Shown piece by piece: positions 24,430-37,510 of a DNA stretch of 64,000 bases. The position numbers and the translations under genes were made by a program. Position 1 is the stretch's first letter, and each line of letters starts with the position of its first letter. The DNA is from Tubiluchus corallicola (taxonomy: Eukaryota; Animalia; Priapulida), in assembly GCA_030141605.1 (NCBI GenBank), contig JAQGDQ010000787.1, positions 31,938 through 95,937 on the forward strand, read 5' to 3'. The notes below the pieces were generated by a model. That model was given only the letters and a program-made list of their open reading frames with translations. It was not told the origin of the DNA and did no database searches.

Positions 24430-24615
24430 ACATTTGAAATTTGTACGGCGTCATGTTTGAGGTTTGTATGACGTCATGTTTGAAATTTGTATGTCGTCAT
24501 GTTCGAAGCTTGTATGTCGTCATGTTCAAAATGTGTATGACGTCATGTTCGAAATTTGTATGTCGTCATACTTAAAATGTGTATGACGTCATGTTCGAAA
24601 TGTTTGTATGACGTG
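24430..24615. repeat. ~23-bp tandem repeat, ~8 copies, containing TGACGTCA
   Basis: Unit TTTGTATGACGTCATGTTCGAAA with variants. Confidence 0.85.
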
Positions 24616-25454
24616 TGCTGGAAGGCAGGGGCATCACAAGGCCAAGGGGTTGCTAATGTAAACTAATAGATATTTATTAACTGACTCTTAACACTGGAGT
24701 CTCTAGATTTACTTTTAAAAGTAAAATTAAAGTTACTTTACCACAGACGTTTGAGCGGCAATTGTCATCGTATTGTAGTGACCTTTATTTCGTAAGATTT
24801 GTTGTGTGGATCCATTTTTCACAATGTTCAAGTATACATTTGAGTTATCGATAATTGTGTAAACTAAATCTTTTATTTTCTTCATAAAATATAACAAATA
24901 CATAAAACTGGTAAACTCGGGCATTATTTTTGTTTGTATCTCGTTAGTGAATCTTCTTTTTTAAAGGCTGTACGCATAGCGTACGGAACGTACAGAATAT
25001 AAATATACTGTATATATATATTTTTTTTAATATATACGTACAGAACGTGTGGGGCTACTGTTCAGAAAGAACAACTACTGTAGTATCATATTGTATGATG
25101 CAGTCAATAATGCAGGTTTTGCAAAATGCTGATTATCGTATTGAGGGGGGGGGGGTTTAAATATGATCGTATTTTCTACACTACATCGTGATTTTGCCCT
25201 AATTCCAAAATTATTACGATATTGCAAGCAAATTAATATTATTTTATAGATGTACTTAATATAAGTAACTATAATGACAGAAGGTGGAATTGTGTAAAAT
25301 AAAATTTATCAAAACACAACAAATGGTCGTTGTGTAGACTCAAGCCTTATTTTCGTCATCTTGAGGATTGTTTTTTCAAAATTACTCACCTTCTTCATGG
25401 AACTATGACCAGCATGCTTCAGACTACAGTGAAATCAACGTTCATTTACTTTTT

Positions 25455-25740
25455 TTAGTTTATTATTATCACATTCAGTACAATATAATGACATTAAGCA
25501 CACAGTGACATCAAAATTATTACATCTACTGTATTAAGTTATTATGTTTCGTACACTAACGTTATCATAAAAGAATAATTGTACTGCAGTGGGCTAGAGA
25601 AGCAACAGACACAGTGACATCATAATTATTACATCATACTGTATTAAATTATTATGTTTCGTACACTATCGTTATCATAAAAGAATAATTGTACTGCAGT
25701 GGGCTAGAGAAGCAAAGGCTTGTATAAGCCCACTGTCATG
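25455..25740 (-). repeat. Probable LINE/SINE 3' tail with an internal tandem duplication; further copy at 27355-27485
   Basis: CACAGTGACATCA.AATTATTACATC...GTTATCATAAAAGAATAATTGTAC occurs three times. Stem GTGGGCT...AGCCCAC and a T-rich end. Confidence 0.6.
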
Positions 25741-28700
25741 TGAACCCGATAAAAAATGATGGATGAGTGAACAAAAAAAGAACTGGGAGAAAGGTTAGAT
25801 CACACAGGAAGGGTAGAAGCATGTGTTAGTGGAAATGGTAGGAAGAAAGATAATAGATTGCGCTATGTTGACATCAGCTCTAAAGATTTATCAATCATGA
25901 ACACTTCCTAAGAGTTACCAGGTTGGATTTTATTTCGTATCTAAATTATTGTAAAATTACCGACTACCGTATAGTCTGGTTTTGTACGGTATGAAGGTTC
26001 GAATTAGCGTATTTTCCGATGATTGTCCTATAAACGTTAACCCTAGATGCACTTCAATCGCATCACGCAACTTCTGGGAATCACAGTTCAATCTCATGAC
26101 GTCACGTAACTTCCGGAAATGTTGACTGACGAAAAATGATCACGGGCCTATCTATTTAATGTCTAATTTTGGTGTCCACTGGTCTAGAATCATTTTCGCT
26201 GCTTGATTTTGCTGTGCAAAATCCTTTTAAGATTCTTATGACAATTGATGCTTGGTTAGTTAGTGAGTTAGTCATAGAATTAATAATTCAATTTGGCAGT
26301 CAGTTAATTAAAAAGTCTCAGTGAGTGGGTCAGTCAGTCAGTCAGTCAACAGCTCGCCAAGTACTCATCTATGTTACATGTTATATAACCAGCCGTGACG
26401 GTCAGTCAGTTAATCGGGGAATCATTTAATGTGCAAACAATGTCAGTTAATCAGCTTTGCGACTAGCGAGTTACTCAACCGTGACGAATAAATTCTAAGT
26501 GAATTGAATGGCATACAGCTAGTGAGCGTACATTAGGTGAGAATTCATATTATATTGCTGTTCCTAATGTCATTTAAGCCGTGTTTACCTGGCATCCGGA
26601 TTGCGTTACTATGTATCCAGCTGCGTACAAAAAAAAACTAATGGGGATAGCTGCAGAAGAAGAAGCTGTGGGCAAGGAAATAGGGGGGAGAGCTGTTACC
26701 GAATTAAGTTTGCTCATAATTATTAAGCCTGTTAGCTTTTACAATCAAAGAATCAAACAACACAATCTTTAATAAGTCACGAGGAATTATATTATAATAA
26801 CTATACTAGCAGGTACAATCACAGAGTCAGACAACGTAATTATTATCAATACTAAAATACCACTATACTAAAACACAGCGGAACAATTAGCCTAGCTAGC
26901 CCACAGGTCTAAATGTTCAAGGTAGACCTGTCTTACACAGCTTAAACACAGAAAACTAGAACATTATTAATGTAAAAGGTCATTCAGAAGCAAATAAGTA
27001 CAGTAAGATTAGAGGGAAATTTAAGCTATTTCAATGTTATAACAAGCCTAAAAAGGAGGGAATGAGATGAAAAAAATTATGAAAAAGAGATGAGCAAGAA
27101 GACAAACAATGTAATATTCACAAGTCAAGTTAATCAAACGCAAAGTAATTATGAGACGAACTTCGCGACAGGAGACGTAGGTCTGCTAACAGGTTCGTTG
27201 AAAACAATACCAAGCGATTTTTACCCAATAACGCATTTTGATTATCAGGTAAAAACCGCTTAAATCAACCAACCAGCGAATTACTTTGCTAACTCATGCC
27301 TCTCTTAATTAAACAATCAGTCAGCACATATATACATTTATTTTTTATTTATTTTTTATTATTATCACATTCAGTACAATATAATGAATGATTATTAAGC
27401 ACACAGTGACATCAAAATTATTACATCTACTGTATTAAATTCTTATGTTTCATACACTATCGTTATCATAAAAGAATAATTGTACATACATATATATATA
27501 TATACCCACATTCAGGGAAAGTTCTTGAAAATAGAAGCTATACAGCCTATACTGGAAAGTCATTATCAAAATAATTTATATTAAATATTGTACAGATGAA
27601 CTAACTTAAGATTGCAATTGTGTAAAATGTAATATTTACCGTTTTGCGAAGGGTACCTTGCCCTAATACATTTATTATTGTATTAATTATTTATATATCA
27701 CTTTGTTAATATTCATTAAGTAACTGACGCAACAATTTTGTTAAGCAAAATGTTCTGTCTTAAAGTCAAATTATAATCGTTTTTACAGAATAACAATTAT
27801 ATTAACAATTGCCCAATGTGATGTTTGTTTGGTTCATTTTTGTTTATTTTTGATAAATCTGTAAGAAGAAATCAAAACTATTTAATACATAAAACAATGG
27901 AAAAGGATAATTTGATAAAAAGTCATGGAAATGATGATTTGATAAAAAATCAGGAAAAATGATGAAAGCGTGGTAAAAAATCGGGGAAGTTGGAAATTGT
28001 TGCAAAAATCACCGGGAATTGATATTTTCCAAACATATTTTTCAGCAATTCGTGTTCAAATGAAATTTTGCTATGGCAGGCTCCTAGTTTCGATTTCTGT
28101 TTCAAAAATAATGATTGGATTAAGAAAGTTTATTTAATGTGATTAGTGTAATTTCTTTAGCACTACTGCAACTGTGTCGACACATTATATATCAGTATAT
28201 GTATGAATGTCCATACACAGAAATGTTTGAATATGTATACTGATAATGCAATTTCTGCTTATCTTGGTCATGGAAAATCAATATTTGGTCAGGGAAAAGT
28301 CATGGAAAGGCAGGGAAAATTATTTTAAAATTCTATGGGAACCTTGTATATACTTTATTGGCTATAAAATAGATTAGAATAAAGTCACAGTCCTCAGTGT
28401 TAAAAATATTTTTAACACTAAAACACTGATAAAGGCAAATGCATATGGAGCAAAACTATAAATGTAAATTACTCAGCGCATAACAATTAAAACTAAAAGC
28501 AATTACATACATAGATACAATACATAGATACAATACATAGATACATAGGCACCGTACGATTAGTAAAGGCGATTACAATATTTCCCCTTGATGTATAGCT
28601 ATAATACAAAAAGTAATATACGTAATAAATGCAAGACAAAATTTTCTTCCATTATCACAGTACAACAAATATTACTTGTACTGATTGCCGTTTAATTTAC

Positions 28701-28899
28701 TAATTATGAATTGCGAAATTATAATTATTCACTTTCGGTTATTGGGGACGTGGATATACAAAATTTGAATAAAGAAGTTAACGTCATTTACATGAGTTGG
28801 TATTTGAAATCTACTTAGTTGGTATTGTTTTAATTTCTTTTTAATTGTAGTTAATGATTCTGATTGTTTGATAATAGACTGGCAGCAGACATTAATAAT

Positions 28900-29160
28900 A
28901 ATAATAATATAACAATAATAATAATAATATTTATTTAAAGTCGGCTTTTGGGTGAACAATTAACATTAGCTCAAAGAGCTATTATCGCCGACTGTAGATA
29001 ACAACCTACAACTACATAACACAGATTATTATAACCCCACTTTTACCCTAAATACCACGCATCAGGCAGGGCTAAGCAGGTACCATTTTTAAAGTCACGA
29101 GTGGTTCGAACTCACGACCTCCCAGACGGAAAGCAGACGCATTACCACTAGACTAAACCG
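28900..29160 (-). mobile_element. tRNA-derived SINE
   Basis: Minus strand: A box TAGTCTAGTGG, B box GAGTTCGAACC, core GACTTTAAAAATGGTACCTGCT..CCTGCCTGATGCG, (TTA)n tail. Confidence 0.75.
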
Positions 29161-29669
29161 TCTGGTCTAATTAAGTCAACCGGTCAGCTAATCGCGTCCA
29201 TCATTCTGCTCAAATACAAAGTCAATCGATGAGTTGGAAAGTGAAGAAAACTGGTAATGAGTCAATCAGTCATTCAATCAGTTTATGAGTTACGTGCTTT
29301 TCAGATTCAACGTATAGTCAAGATTATTTATTATACGGTCCCCAATTATAATACCAGCCTCGCCAAATGCAAGCCTCTTCTGAATTTCCGTCTAGCTTTA
29401 ATTACTTAAGAGTGCAGTTGGGTAATCTGCTGTCTCAAATTTCCATTACTGCATTACAGACAGAGAGGCAAACTGAATAATCGAGTAGTCACAGCGTGTG
29501 TCTAACTGAATTAAAACCGGTCCTACATCGTGGAATTTTACTGTTTTTATGAGCAAAGCCCTGAGGCATTTTTATGGATGTGAAGGCTAATAAATTAACA
29601 TCATGTTATAGTATAAAGATGACTCAGGACAATAGATTATTGTTGAAGCCTTATGATTGCCTACCTCTG

Positions 29670-29904
29670 CTAATGCCGTTGTCATTATTGCCATATTCGC
29701 TATCGCTGCTGTCGCCATGTCATTATCATAAACATGGACTCCGTTATCATCATCATCATCATCATCGTCGTCGTCGTCGTCGTCGTCGTCATCAACGCTG
29801 TTATAATTGTCATCATTACCGTCATTATCACCATTATTACTGTAAACATCATTGCCGTAATCCGTCATTGTCATCATTGTCGTCATTATTGTCATCATCA
29901 TCAT

Positions 29905-29939
<35 letters not shown>

Positions 29940-30215
29940 TCATAATTATGCTCATCCTCATCATCCATCATCATCGCTGCTATAATTGTCATCATCAGTG
30001 TCATTATCACAGTTATTATCCATTATTATTGTCAACATCATTACTATAATCCGTCATTGTCATCATTGTCGTCATTATTGTCATCATCATCATCGTCGTC
30101 ATCATAATTACGATCATCATCATCATCACCATCCATCATCATCACTGTTATAATGGCCATCATTGTCATTATCACCATTATTATTGTCAACATCATTACA
30201 ATAAGCCGTCATTGT
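29670..30215. repeat. Compound (ATC)/(GTC)/(CAG) trinucleotide tract with ~170-bp higher-order repetition
   Basis: Directly visible; accounts for the poly-H/Q/D ORFs. Confidence 0.9.
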
Positions 30216-30434
30216 CAACTTATGAGAAGTCACGAAGTCCACCAGTTACGTCATAATTTTCAAGCGAATTGCTGCTTTCATCGTACTTTAAATTTCCATA
30301 CAGTTGTAGTTTATATTAATTTTATGCCTTGTAGGCAGTTTTTTTCCAAATTTTAACAGCAAATAAACACAACACGCTGTATGCCATGTCCTATTAAAAT
30401 GTCGTCCGCAGCGAGACTGCAGCAAAGAAAAGAT

Positions 30435-30785
30435 TCAGATGGGCCTCAATGTTTGGGCTTCTGATATATGGGCCACATGTTTGGCTCCCGAATATTGGGC
30501 CCCAGACATTTGGACTCTAAATAATTGGAGCCAAGATGTTTAAGCTCGAATATTTTGGGCCTCAGATATTTAGATCTTAGATATTAATTCGGGCCCAGAT
30601 ATTTGAGCCCCAAATAATTTATACCCTGGACATTTGGGTCTTCAGGTATTCTGGGCCAAATTGTTTGGAGCCGAATGCCCCGGTGCCCAATTGTCGATCC
30701 CAAATATCACAGGTCTAAATATCTATAGAGCCCAAATAACTAAACGTGGTGCCCAACCACCAGATGCCCAAACACTAGGGCCCGA
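30435..30785. repeat. Degenerate ~18-bp TTGGGCCC-type repeats that switch orientation midway
   Basis: TTTGGG/TTGGGCC motifs in the left half and GCCCAA(A) motifs in the right half. Confidence 0.55.
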
Positions 30786-31610
30786 GAGTACTAAAATCAT
30801 TTGAATCTTTTATTTCCTACGCTGTCGTTGCGAAAGCAAATTTTATATGCAGCTCGTGTTACAGCGGGTTTGACTTTTTTATAATATTCATTTCTCTTTT
30901 ATTTGTTTATTAATTTATTTATTCAAGTCAGTGTAGTTTAAGCCGAATTCTTTGGTTTCAGCTAACTGTGTAAATGTTATTGAGCTTTCTAGCCTGCGAT
31001 TGTAAAATGCCTGCAGTAATTTGATAATTGTTAGTCTGCTGCGCTGGAAACAGCTACAAAACTCACAAAAACGAACGCCAAACAAGATAAAAAAAAGATA
31101 GGCGTTAACAGCCATCACTGCTTGCTTACACAGTTCAAGGCCAAAGGGAAATCGATGAAACTATCAGTAGCGGCTTCATAACTGGTTCTGGCAGCCAGTA
31201 AAGACGGCCTGGATTTTTTATTCTCACTTGCTGAGCAACCTATAAAGAGGATCTGCTGCACAGTTATCCCTTCTTGTTGCTGTTCTTCTATTCGCGGTAT
31301 CGTGAGCTCGTTGGTTATCGTTTCCTTGAAGGAAATTTGACCGTTTTCGTCGATGAAAACCCATCTTACTTGCAAAATTCCTTTGAAAATACTTCTCATT
31401 AATGCTCCAGCAACAAAAGAATGCCACTAATAATTATTATTATAATTTTTATTATAATATCTTCGGCAAACATTTTGCATTTATAGCAAGGCGACACAAC
31501 AGACCAAAATCTGTTTGCATCATTAATACAATCGTAATGATTATAGCAATATTTTTAAGGCTTAATTACCTATCATGTTGTCTAGCTGAAGCCTAGAGAC
31601 CCTGCGTTAA

Positions 31611-32142
31611 AGAAAAACCGGATGATTGTGTAAACATCAGCCCAGAATAAAGAATGCTCTCAAATATTGAAAACTACAATTATTATTTTTACAATAATAA
31701 TCAAAGATTAGATTAAATAATAATTACCTCAGATACTCAAATTTCGTTCAGTGGATCTACTAAGATTGGCAGCGGCGCCTTCTTGTCACATTCGCGTGGC
31801 CGACAAATAGAAGGCGGTACCGTGATAAGCATGATCATGAACTGCAGTGTTGGTTTCTGACGTTATATGATGTAGAGCCCATTTTTCGTGACATCATGCG
31901 TTTAAACAGTACTGTAACACTTATGCAAACGTGCTCGACGCGCAAGCGAAGACGCCTGCCATTGCACAAACTGTGGTTAGTTTCTGACGTAAGCAATAGC
32001 TGCGTTCGGTTGCCGTTAATTAACTTTCTAAGCTAATTATTCAAATATAAGGAACAATTGTTAACTTTAACAGGCAAGAAAATGTATATTTTGGTCAGTA
32101 AATTAAAATGAGATTGAGTCTAAACAATCGTCCGGTCTTCCT
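31611..32142 (+). mobile_element. Kolobok-type MITE
   Basis: TTAA|AGAAAAACCGGATGATTG...CAATCGTCCGGTCTTCCT|TTAA. A closely similar copy lies at 33319-33841. Confidence 0.75.
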
Positions 32143-33318
32143 TTAAGACATTACTTCTGGGTCAGAAGCCCAGGGCTTGATCTCTGCCCGCTGGAGAGCC
32201 TCAAAAGATGAGGTGGAAAGTTTCCTCATTGTATCTAGAAAAACGCTTGCAGAGTATCAATTGCTTTAAAGGAAACCAAATCCCCATTTTGAGGTGCGAT
32301 AAAGGTGCCTTCGTAAACCGATAACGCGTTTCCGAAATGCAGACGCTGGTGCCCATCTAACTGTCGAGTGCCGAAATGCATGTAACAGAAAGAGAGCTAG
32401 CCATGCCATGCCAACGCTTCTGTGATAATCTCTCTAATTTCTCGCATAACTCATTCTTGAAAAGTAGTACATTCCCTTTCAATATTTTAAAGAATAAGTT
32501 TTTTAGAAAACTAGCTTAAAATAAGCCTTTTCACAGTTCCATCGATTGATAATGATCATGAAAAGGTTAAGGCTAAGTCTATCAGACAACGCGTTTGTGT
32601 ACACTTTACAACGCCTCGCAGTCCATGCTATGGTAATAGTAGCAGTTTTTACAGGTAGCTAGAACCTTACCGAGTTTATTTTTTCTTGTTCGTAAACAAG
32701 ATACTGCTAGTAAATCACTCTAGACACAGACTAATCCATAATTAATTAAAGTTCACGTTAAACAACTCACGTTACTGAACTGACAGGGCAAACGGCTTTG
32801 TTTTATACGCATGTTACGTGACGGTTGTAGTTAAGATGCGTTGCTGTGGTGCACTTAACCGTTGACCTACAGAAACTGCGTCCGTGCACAACGAAACTAA
32901 GAAAAGACTTATTAGGTGGGTTTTTTAAAGTTTTTTTTTTGTTGACAGTAACAGTAGTATTCCTCAGTGGCTACATCTCGAGGGCCTGTAAAATCTGCCC
33001 ACAAAGATCAGAAATAAAAAGATTATCTTTCAGTTATAGTAACTAAGTGCTTCCTTCCTGTTGTGTAATTGATTACTGTCTCTTCTAATAAAATGATTAG
33101 AAATAAAAAAAATCACTTTATATTTTTATGGATAATAAAAGCGCTCCGAAATAATTACCAGTAATCGTGGTGAACAATTATGGTGAGACTTGGAAATTGT
33201 GTTTTTCTGAAAATTTCTACACATTAAATTAATTGAAATTGCTAAAACGTCTGAGTAATAAAGGGGATTAAATTGCGTGTGATGAATGAATGCTTATGAA
33301 AAGGAATCTATACATTAA

Positions 33319-33841
33319 AGGAAAACCAAATGATTGTGCAAACATGAGCTCAGAATAAAAAATGTTCTAAAATATTGAAAATTACAATAGCTTATTTTAA
33401 ATCAAAGTTTAGATTAAATAATGATTACCTCAGGTACTCAAATTTCGTTCAGTGAATCTACTAAGATTGGCAGTGGCGCCTTTTTGTCACATTCGCGTAG
33501 CCGACAAATAGAAGACGGTACCGTGAAAACATGATCATGAACTGCAGTGTTAGTTTCCGACGTCATATGATGTAGAGCCCACTTTTCGTAACATCATGCG
33601 TTTAAACAGTACTGTAACACTTGTGCAAATGTGCTTGTTGCGCAAGGGAAGACGCCTGCCATTGCACAAACTGTGATTAGCTTCTGACGTATGCAATACC
33701 TGTGTTCGGCTGCCACTAATTAACTTTCTAAACTAATTATTCAAATATAAGAGCAACTGTTACCTTTTATAGACAAGAAAATCTATATTTTGGACAGTAA
33801 ATTAAAATAAGATTGAGTCTAAGCGATCGTTCGGTCTTCCT
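33319..33841 (+). mobile_element. Kolobok-type MITE, second copy
   Basis: TTAA|AGGAAAACC...GGTCTTCCT|TTAA, colinear with 31611-32142. Confidence 0.75.
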
Positions 33842-35171
33842 TTAAGAATAAATTTACTAACAAATTAAAATAGAGGTAAACATACGGACTATAAATTATC
33901 GCCGTTAGCTTCACTGGTGGCTTGTAGTTAAAATTACTGGGAGCGCTGCTTCAGAAAATTTTTAACCATTGTTTAAATACTGTGTAAAGTGAAACAAACA
34001 TATGTAATTTAAATATTGTAATTTGTACTTGTAATTTTAAACAAACAAACATGCGAAAGTTTATACATTAACTTGATAAAATTCTAAACAAATAGCCTAA
34101 ATTGTCACAGTTCAATCTTGATCCATTTTCGGTAAGCACGTGACAACTAACAATAAACTGTGTGCGTGACAGTACTTTTTCTACTTGGGTTCAGACACGT
34201 GTGCGCAACAGCCAAACACCCCGCTGCTGGAGAACACTGTGCTAGGCTGTGAAGCAAACAGTACCACCCTCACGTGCTCTGGGTCGGTACATGTATAAAA
34301 AACGAACTAAAGAAAAAGGTCTTATTATAATGAACATTTTCGATAATATTGGGTGAAAATAGGGGGTGCTGCAGTTCCACGGTATCTATACACGAGCCGT
34401 CACTTATAAGAATAAGAAAACGAACATTTTTGTTTAATGCGTAATGTAAGACAGATTACATCTCAAAGAGCGTTTACAATGTGACCAATAAGCAGAGTTA
34501 TCATGTATTACTTGTGAAAGATATCGTAAATGCAAACGAGCGTAAACAGTTCGAATCCTCGAACAAGAATGAAATTAACCTGTTACTAGATTAGATACGT
34601 CAAAATCAACTTACGTAATGTATTTTTACTGTACTCTCCTTGACTACTTACTGTTTTATTTATTTTCCTTTTTTGTTGAAATTATTAAAATGTGTAAATA
34701 TTCTCTTTTTTCTGTGCTACTAACAAATTGAAATTGTGCTGCACTTTTGAAATAAATAGAATAGTTATTGTAGTAACTGTAATTATTGTTATTAGTAGTT
34801 ATGGTAGACTATTAACTGAAGTGCGGATGATGTTGAATTAAGTCGCATATCGTATCTTGTAAATTACTATTTATAATATTGCTGTTAAAGTAATTTTGTA
34901 ACTGTAGAAAATTAATTTTATATGTATTATAATTTTATTACCTCAGAATCGTCTCTAATCAAAAGAAAAATTTAACGATCCGGTTTGTATTTCGTTCTTA
35001 GGCAAAGACTGAGTATTATTCCTGCATATCAAGAGTAATAGGCATATCACTTGTCGGATTCGCTGACAAGCAATCTGGGTGTCTCGACCAGCTACGTACG
35101 CCAATAGACACGGTTTAATTATTTTATGTACATAAATTATAATCTTTATTTGCAGTTAAAATACATTACCT

Positions 35172-35335
35172 ATAGTCCATCAGTAACCTTTCTGCTTTCC
35201 GTCTGGGAGATCGTGAGTTCAATATTACGGCCAGGTCACACGAAAGTCTTTAAAAATGGTGCCTGCTGTTGTCCTGCCTGGTGTATGGTATTTGGGGTGA
35301 AAGTGGGTAATAAAATGAGGTAATAATAATATTTG
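35172..35335 (+). mobile_element. tRNA-derived SINE, same family as 28900-29160, decayed
   Basis: TCTGCTTTCCGTCTGGGAGATCGTGAGTTC...CTTTAAAAATGGTGCCTGCT...CCTGCCTGGTG. Confidence 0.7.
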
Positions 35336-35433
35336 TTGTGTATGATTAGATTGTTATTTACAGTGGGCAATAAAAACTTCATGGCAAACTTGTGTTGTCT
35401 GTTGAATTTAAATTAACCCAACTTTACACAATG

Positions 35434-35526
<93 letters not shown>

Positions 35527-35572
35527 GTCGTCATCATCATCATCAACTATCATTATCGTCATCATCATTATT
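35434..35572. repeat. (ATT)n(ATC)n microsatellite
   Basis: Directly visible. Confidence 0.95.
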
Positions 35573-35795
35573 AATCACTGAAAAAAAGACTTTACAGAGA
35601 TGATCAATCAATTTTCAGTAGTAAACTCGGTTGCTCATTTTCACGATCGACGATAAGAAAGTGTACTGGTAATTTTTAATGATACAACAGTTGTTAAGAA
35701 GAGACCTGTGAAAATGTGACAGTCGGTGGAATTCTTGATTCTTGTTTGTGCTCTACCTGACGGCGTTTATCGTTTGGTATGATGATAACGATGAA

Positions 35796-35808
35796 GTTGC
35801 TTGGTAAC
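35796..35808. promoter_or_regulatory. RFX X-box, putative DNAH6 promoter element
   Basis: GTTGCTTGGTAAC fits the 13-bp RFX palindrome GTTGCYNGGYAAC. It sits in a CpG-containing unique patch 1.7 kb upstream of a motile-cilium gene. Confidence 0.65.
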
Positions 35809-35974
35809 GCCGCGTAAATTTCAAAACTTGTGGCGTGAAGCTTACTGATTTTCCTTGATTCCGGGTTAAAGTAGTAATTATTATTACTGATACTTTCCTG
35901 ATAACATTTTAGTCCACGGTATGTTATTAAACTTCCAATTGCTTGCATCTTGTCCTTGATTTTAACACCGTTAA

Positions 35975-36506
35975 CGGTTAATATAGGCATACACAAAGTG
36001 ATAGCTAAACTTGAAATATTTTGTTATATTGGAAGCTGAAGTGATAATAATTAAGCAGTTCTGTATTTAAGCCCAATATACGTTTACAGTAGTTTTGTTT
36101 CACGGTTAATATAGGGATACATAAAGTGATAGCTAAACTTGAAATATTTTGTTATATATATATTGGAAGCTGACGTGATAATAATTAAGCAGTACTATAT
36201 TTAAGCCCAATATACGTTTACAGTAGTTTTGTTTCACGGTTAATATAATTATAGGGATACATAAAGTGATAGCTAAACTTGAAATATTTTGTTATATATA
36301 TTGGAAGCTGAAGTGATAATAATTAAGCAGTACTATATTTAAGCCCAATATACGTTTACAGTACTCAGTAGTTTTGTTTCACGGTTAATATAGGCATACA
36401 TAAAGTGATAGCTAAACTTGAAATATTTTGTTATATATATATATATATATATATTGGAAGCTGAAGTGATAATAATTAAGCAGTACTGTATGTAAGCCCA
36501 ATATAC
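35975..36506. repeat. ~125-140-bp tandem repeat, 4 copies
   Basis: CGGTTAATATAGG..AAAGTGATAGCTAAACTTGAAATATTTTGTTATA(TA)nTTGGAAGCTGA..AAGCCCAATATAC occurs four times. Confidence 0.95.
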
Positions 36507-37510
36507 AATTGATTTTGGTGCCTTAAATTGCAGCTAAACCTTTTTTTGAAGTAAAGTCATGTTTAGATTATATCTGTTGTGACTCTCAAATCTGCATGTC
36601 ATTCTTGCACGTCACGCATGTCCGACGAGTGTTGTGTACCTGTTTAGACTTTCGGATATTTCCGACGGAAAACAAAGCCGGCTGCCGGGGATCGAAGCGT
36701 GTCGCTCAAGAATTGTGCAAGTTGAATTTCTTTTTTGGCATCACGCAAAGCTGTTAATGTTGTTCACGCAGGTTTATTCATTGTTATAAAATGTCTGCGG
36801 GAGTTTCAACTTACACGTTTTATGCAGTGTTGTGGCCAAGGCAAGCCATGCATACGAAAAGGTAATATGTAAGTGGTATAAAATTTCTAGACGAATTTTT
36901 TAAGCTGGATGTAAGTGAAGGGCTTTCTTGTGCTTTAAAGCACAAGAAACTACTCTTCATAAATGAAGCTTGAAGAATTCGGCTTGAAATTTTATATCAC
37001 TTCCATGCGGTCTTATTGCACACAGAATTTGCATTAGCAATAATGCTGTATAAAACTTGTAAACTTAGATCATCATGTGCAGCCATTTTAACTGTAGGTC
37101 CTTTGAATCAAGTATTGCGTAAAGTTTCAAAAAATAATCAGAGCATTCGTAGTGCACTCTTTGCAGCCAAAACCAAAATTAATTTATAATGTCAGTAAGA
37201 TTATTAATGAGTATTTAGGTGAATCAGTGGTGCACACTGAGTAGGCAATGCAGTGCCATTTTACCACATGGCGCGAACATTGTAAATTATTAAGAATTTT
37301 CCTTTCTGGTTACATAAGTATTTCAAACAGGTAAACGTAAATCTAAGTAATATAACTTTGCATGGAAACTTCTTTGTATAAATACTTTAAAGTTGCCTTT
37401 TCTTCCCTTTTAGAGTACTTTCAATTCGTTATGTAGTTAATTAACATCGGTTGATCAGATCATATAAAATTATCATGTTTACTGGATTTTAAAATTTCAG
37501 AGTAACGGAA

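Noticed and set aside
29095-29160. tRNA gene on the minus strand
   Set aside because: A/B boxes are present but there is no complete cloverleaf or acceptor stem. It continues into a SINE core and tail, with a second decayed copy at 35172.
29574-30356. Poly-H/Q/D/R ORFs
   Set aside because: Trinucleotide-repeat artefacts. The same applies to 19198-19485, 21876-22082 and 35392-35574.
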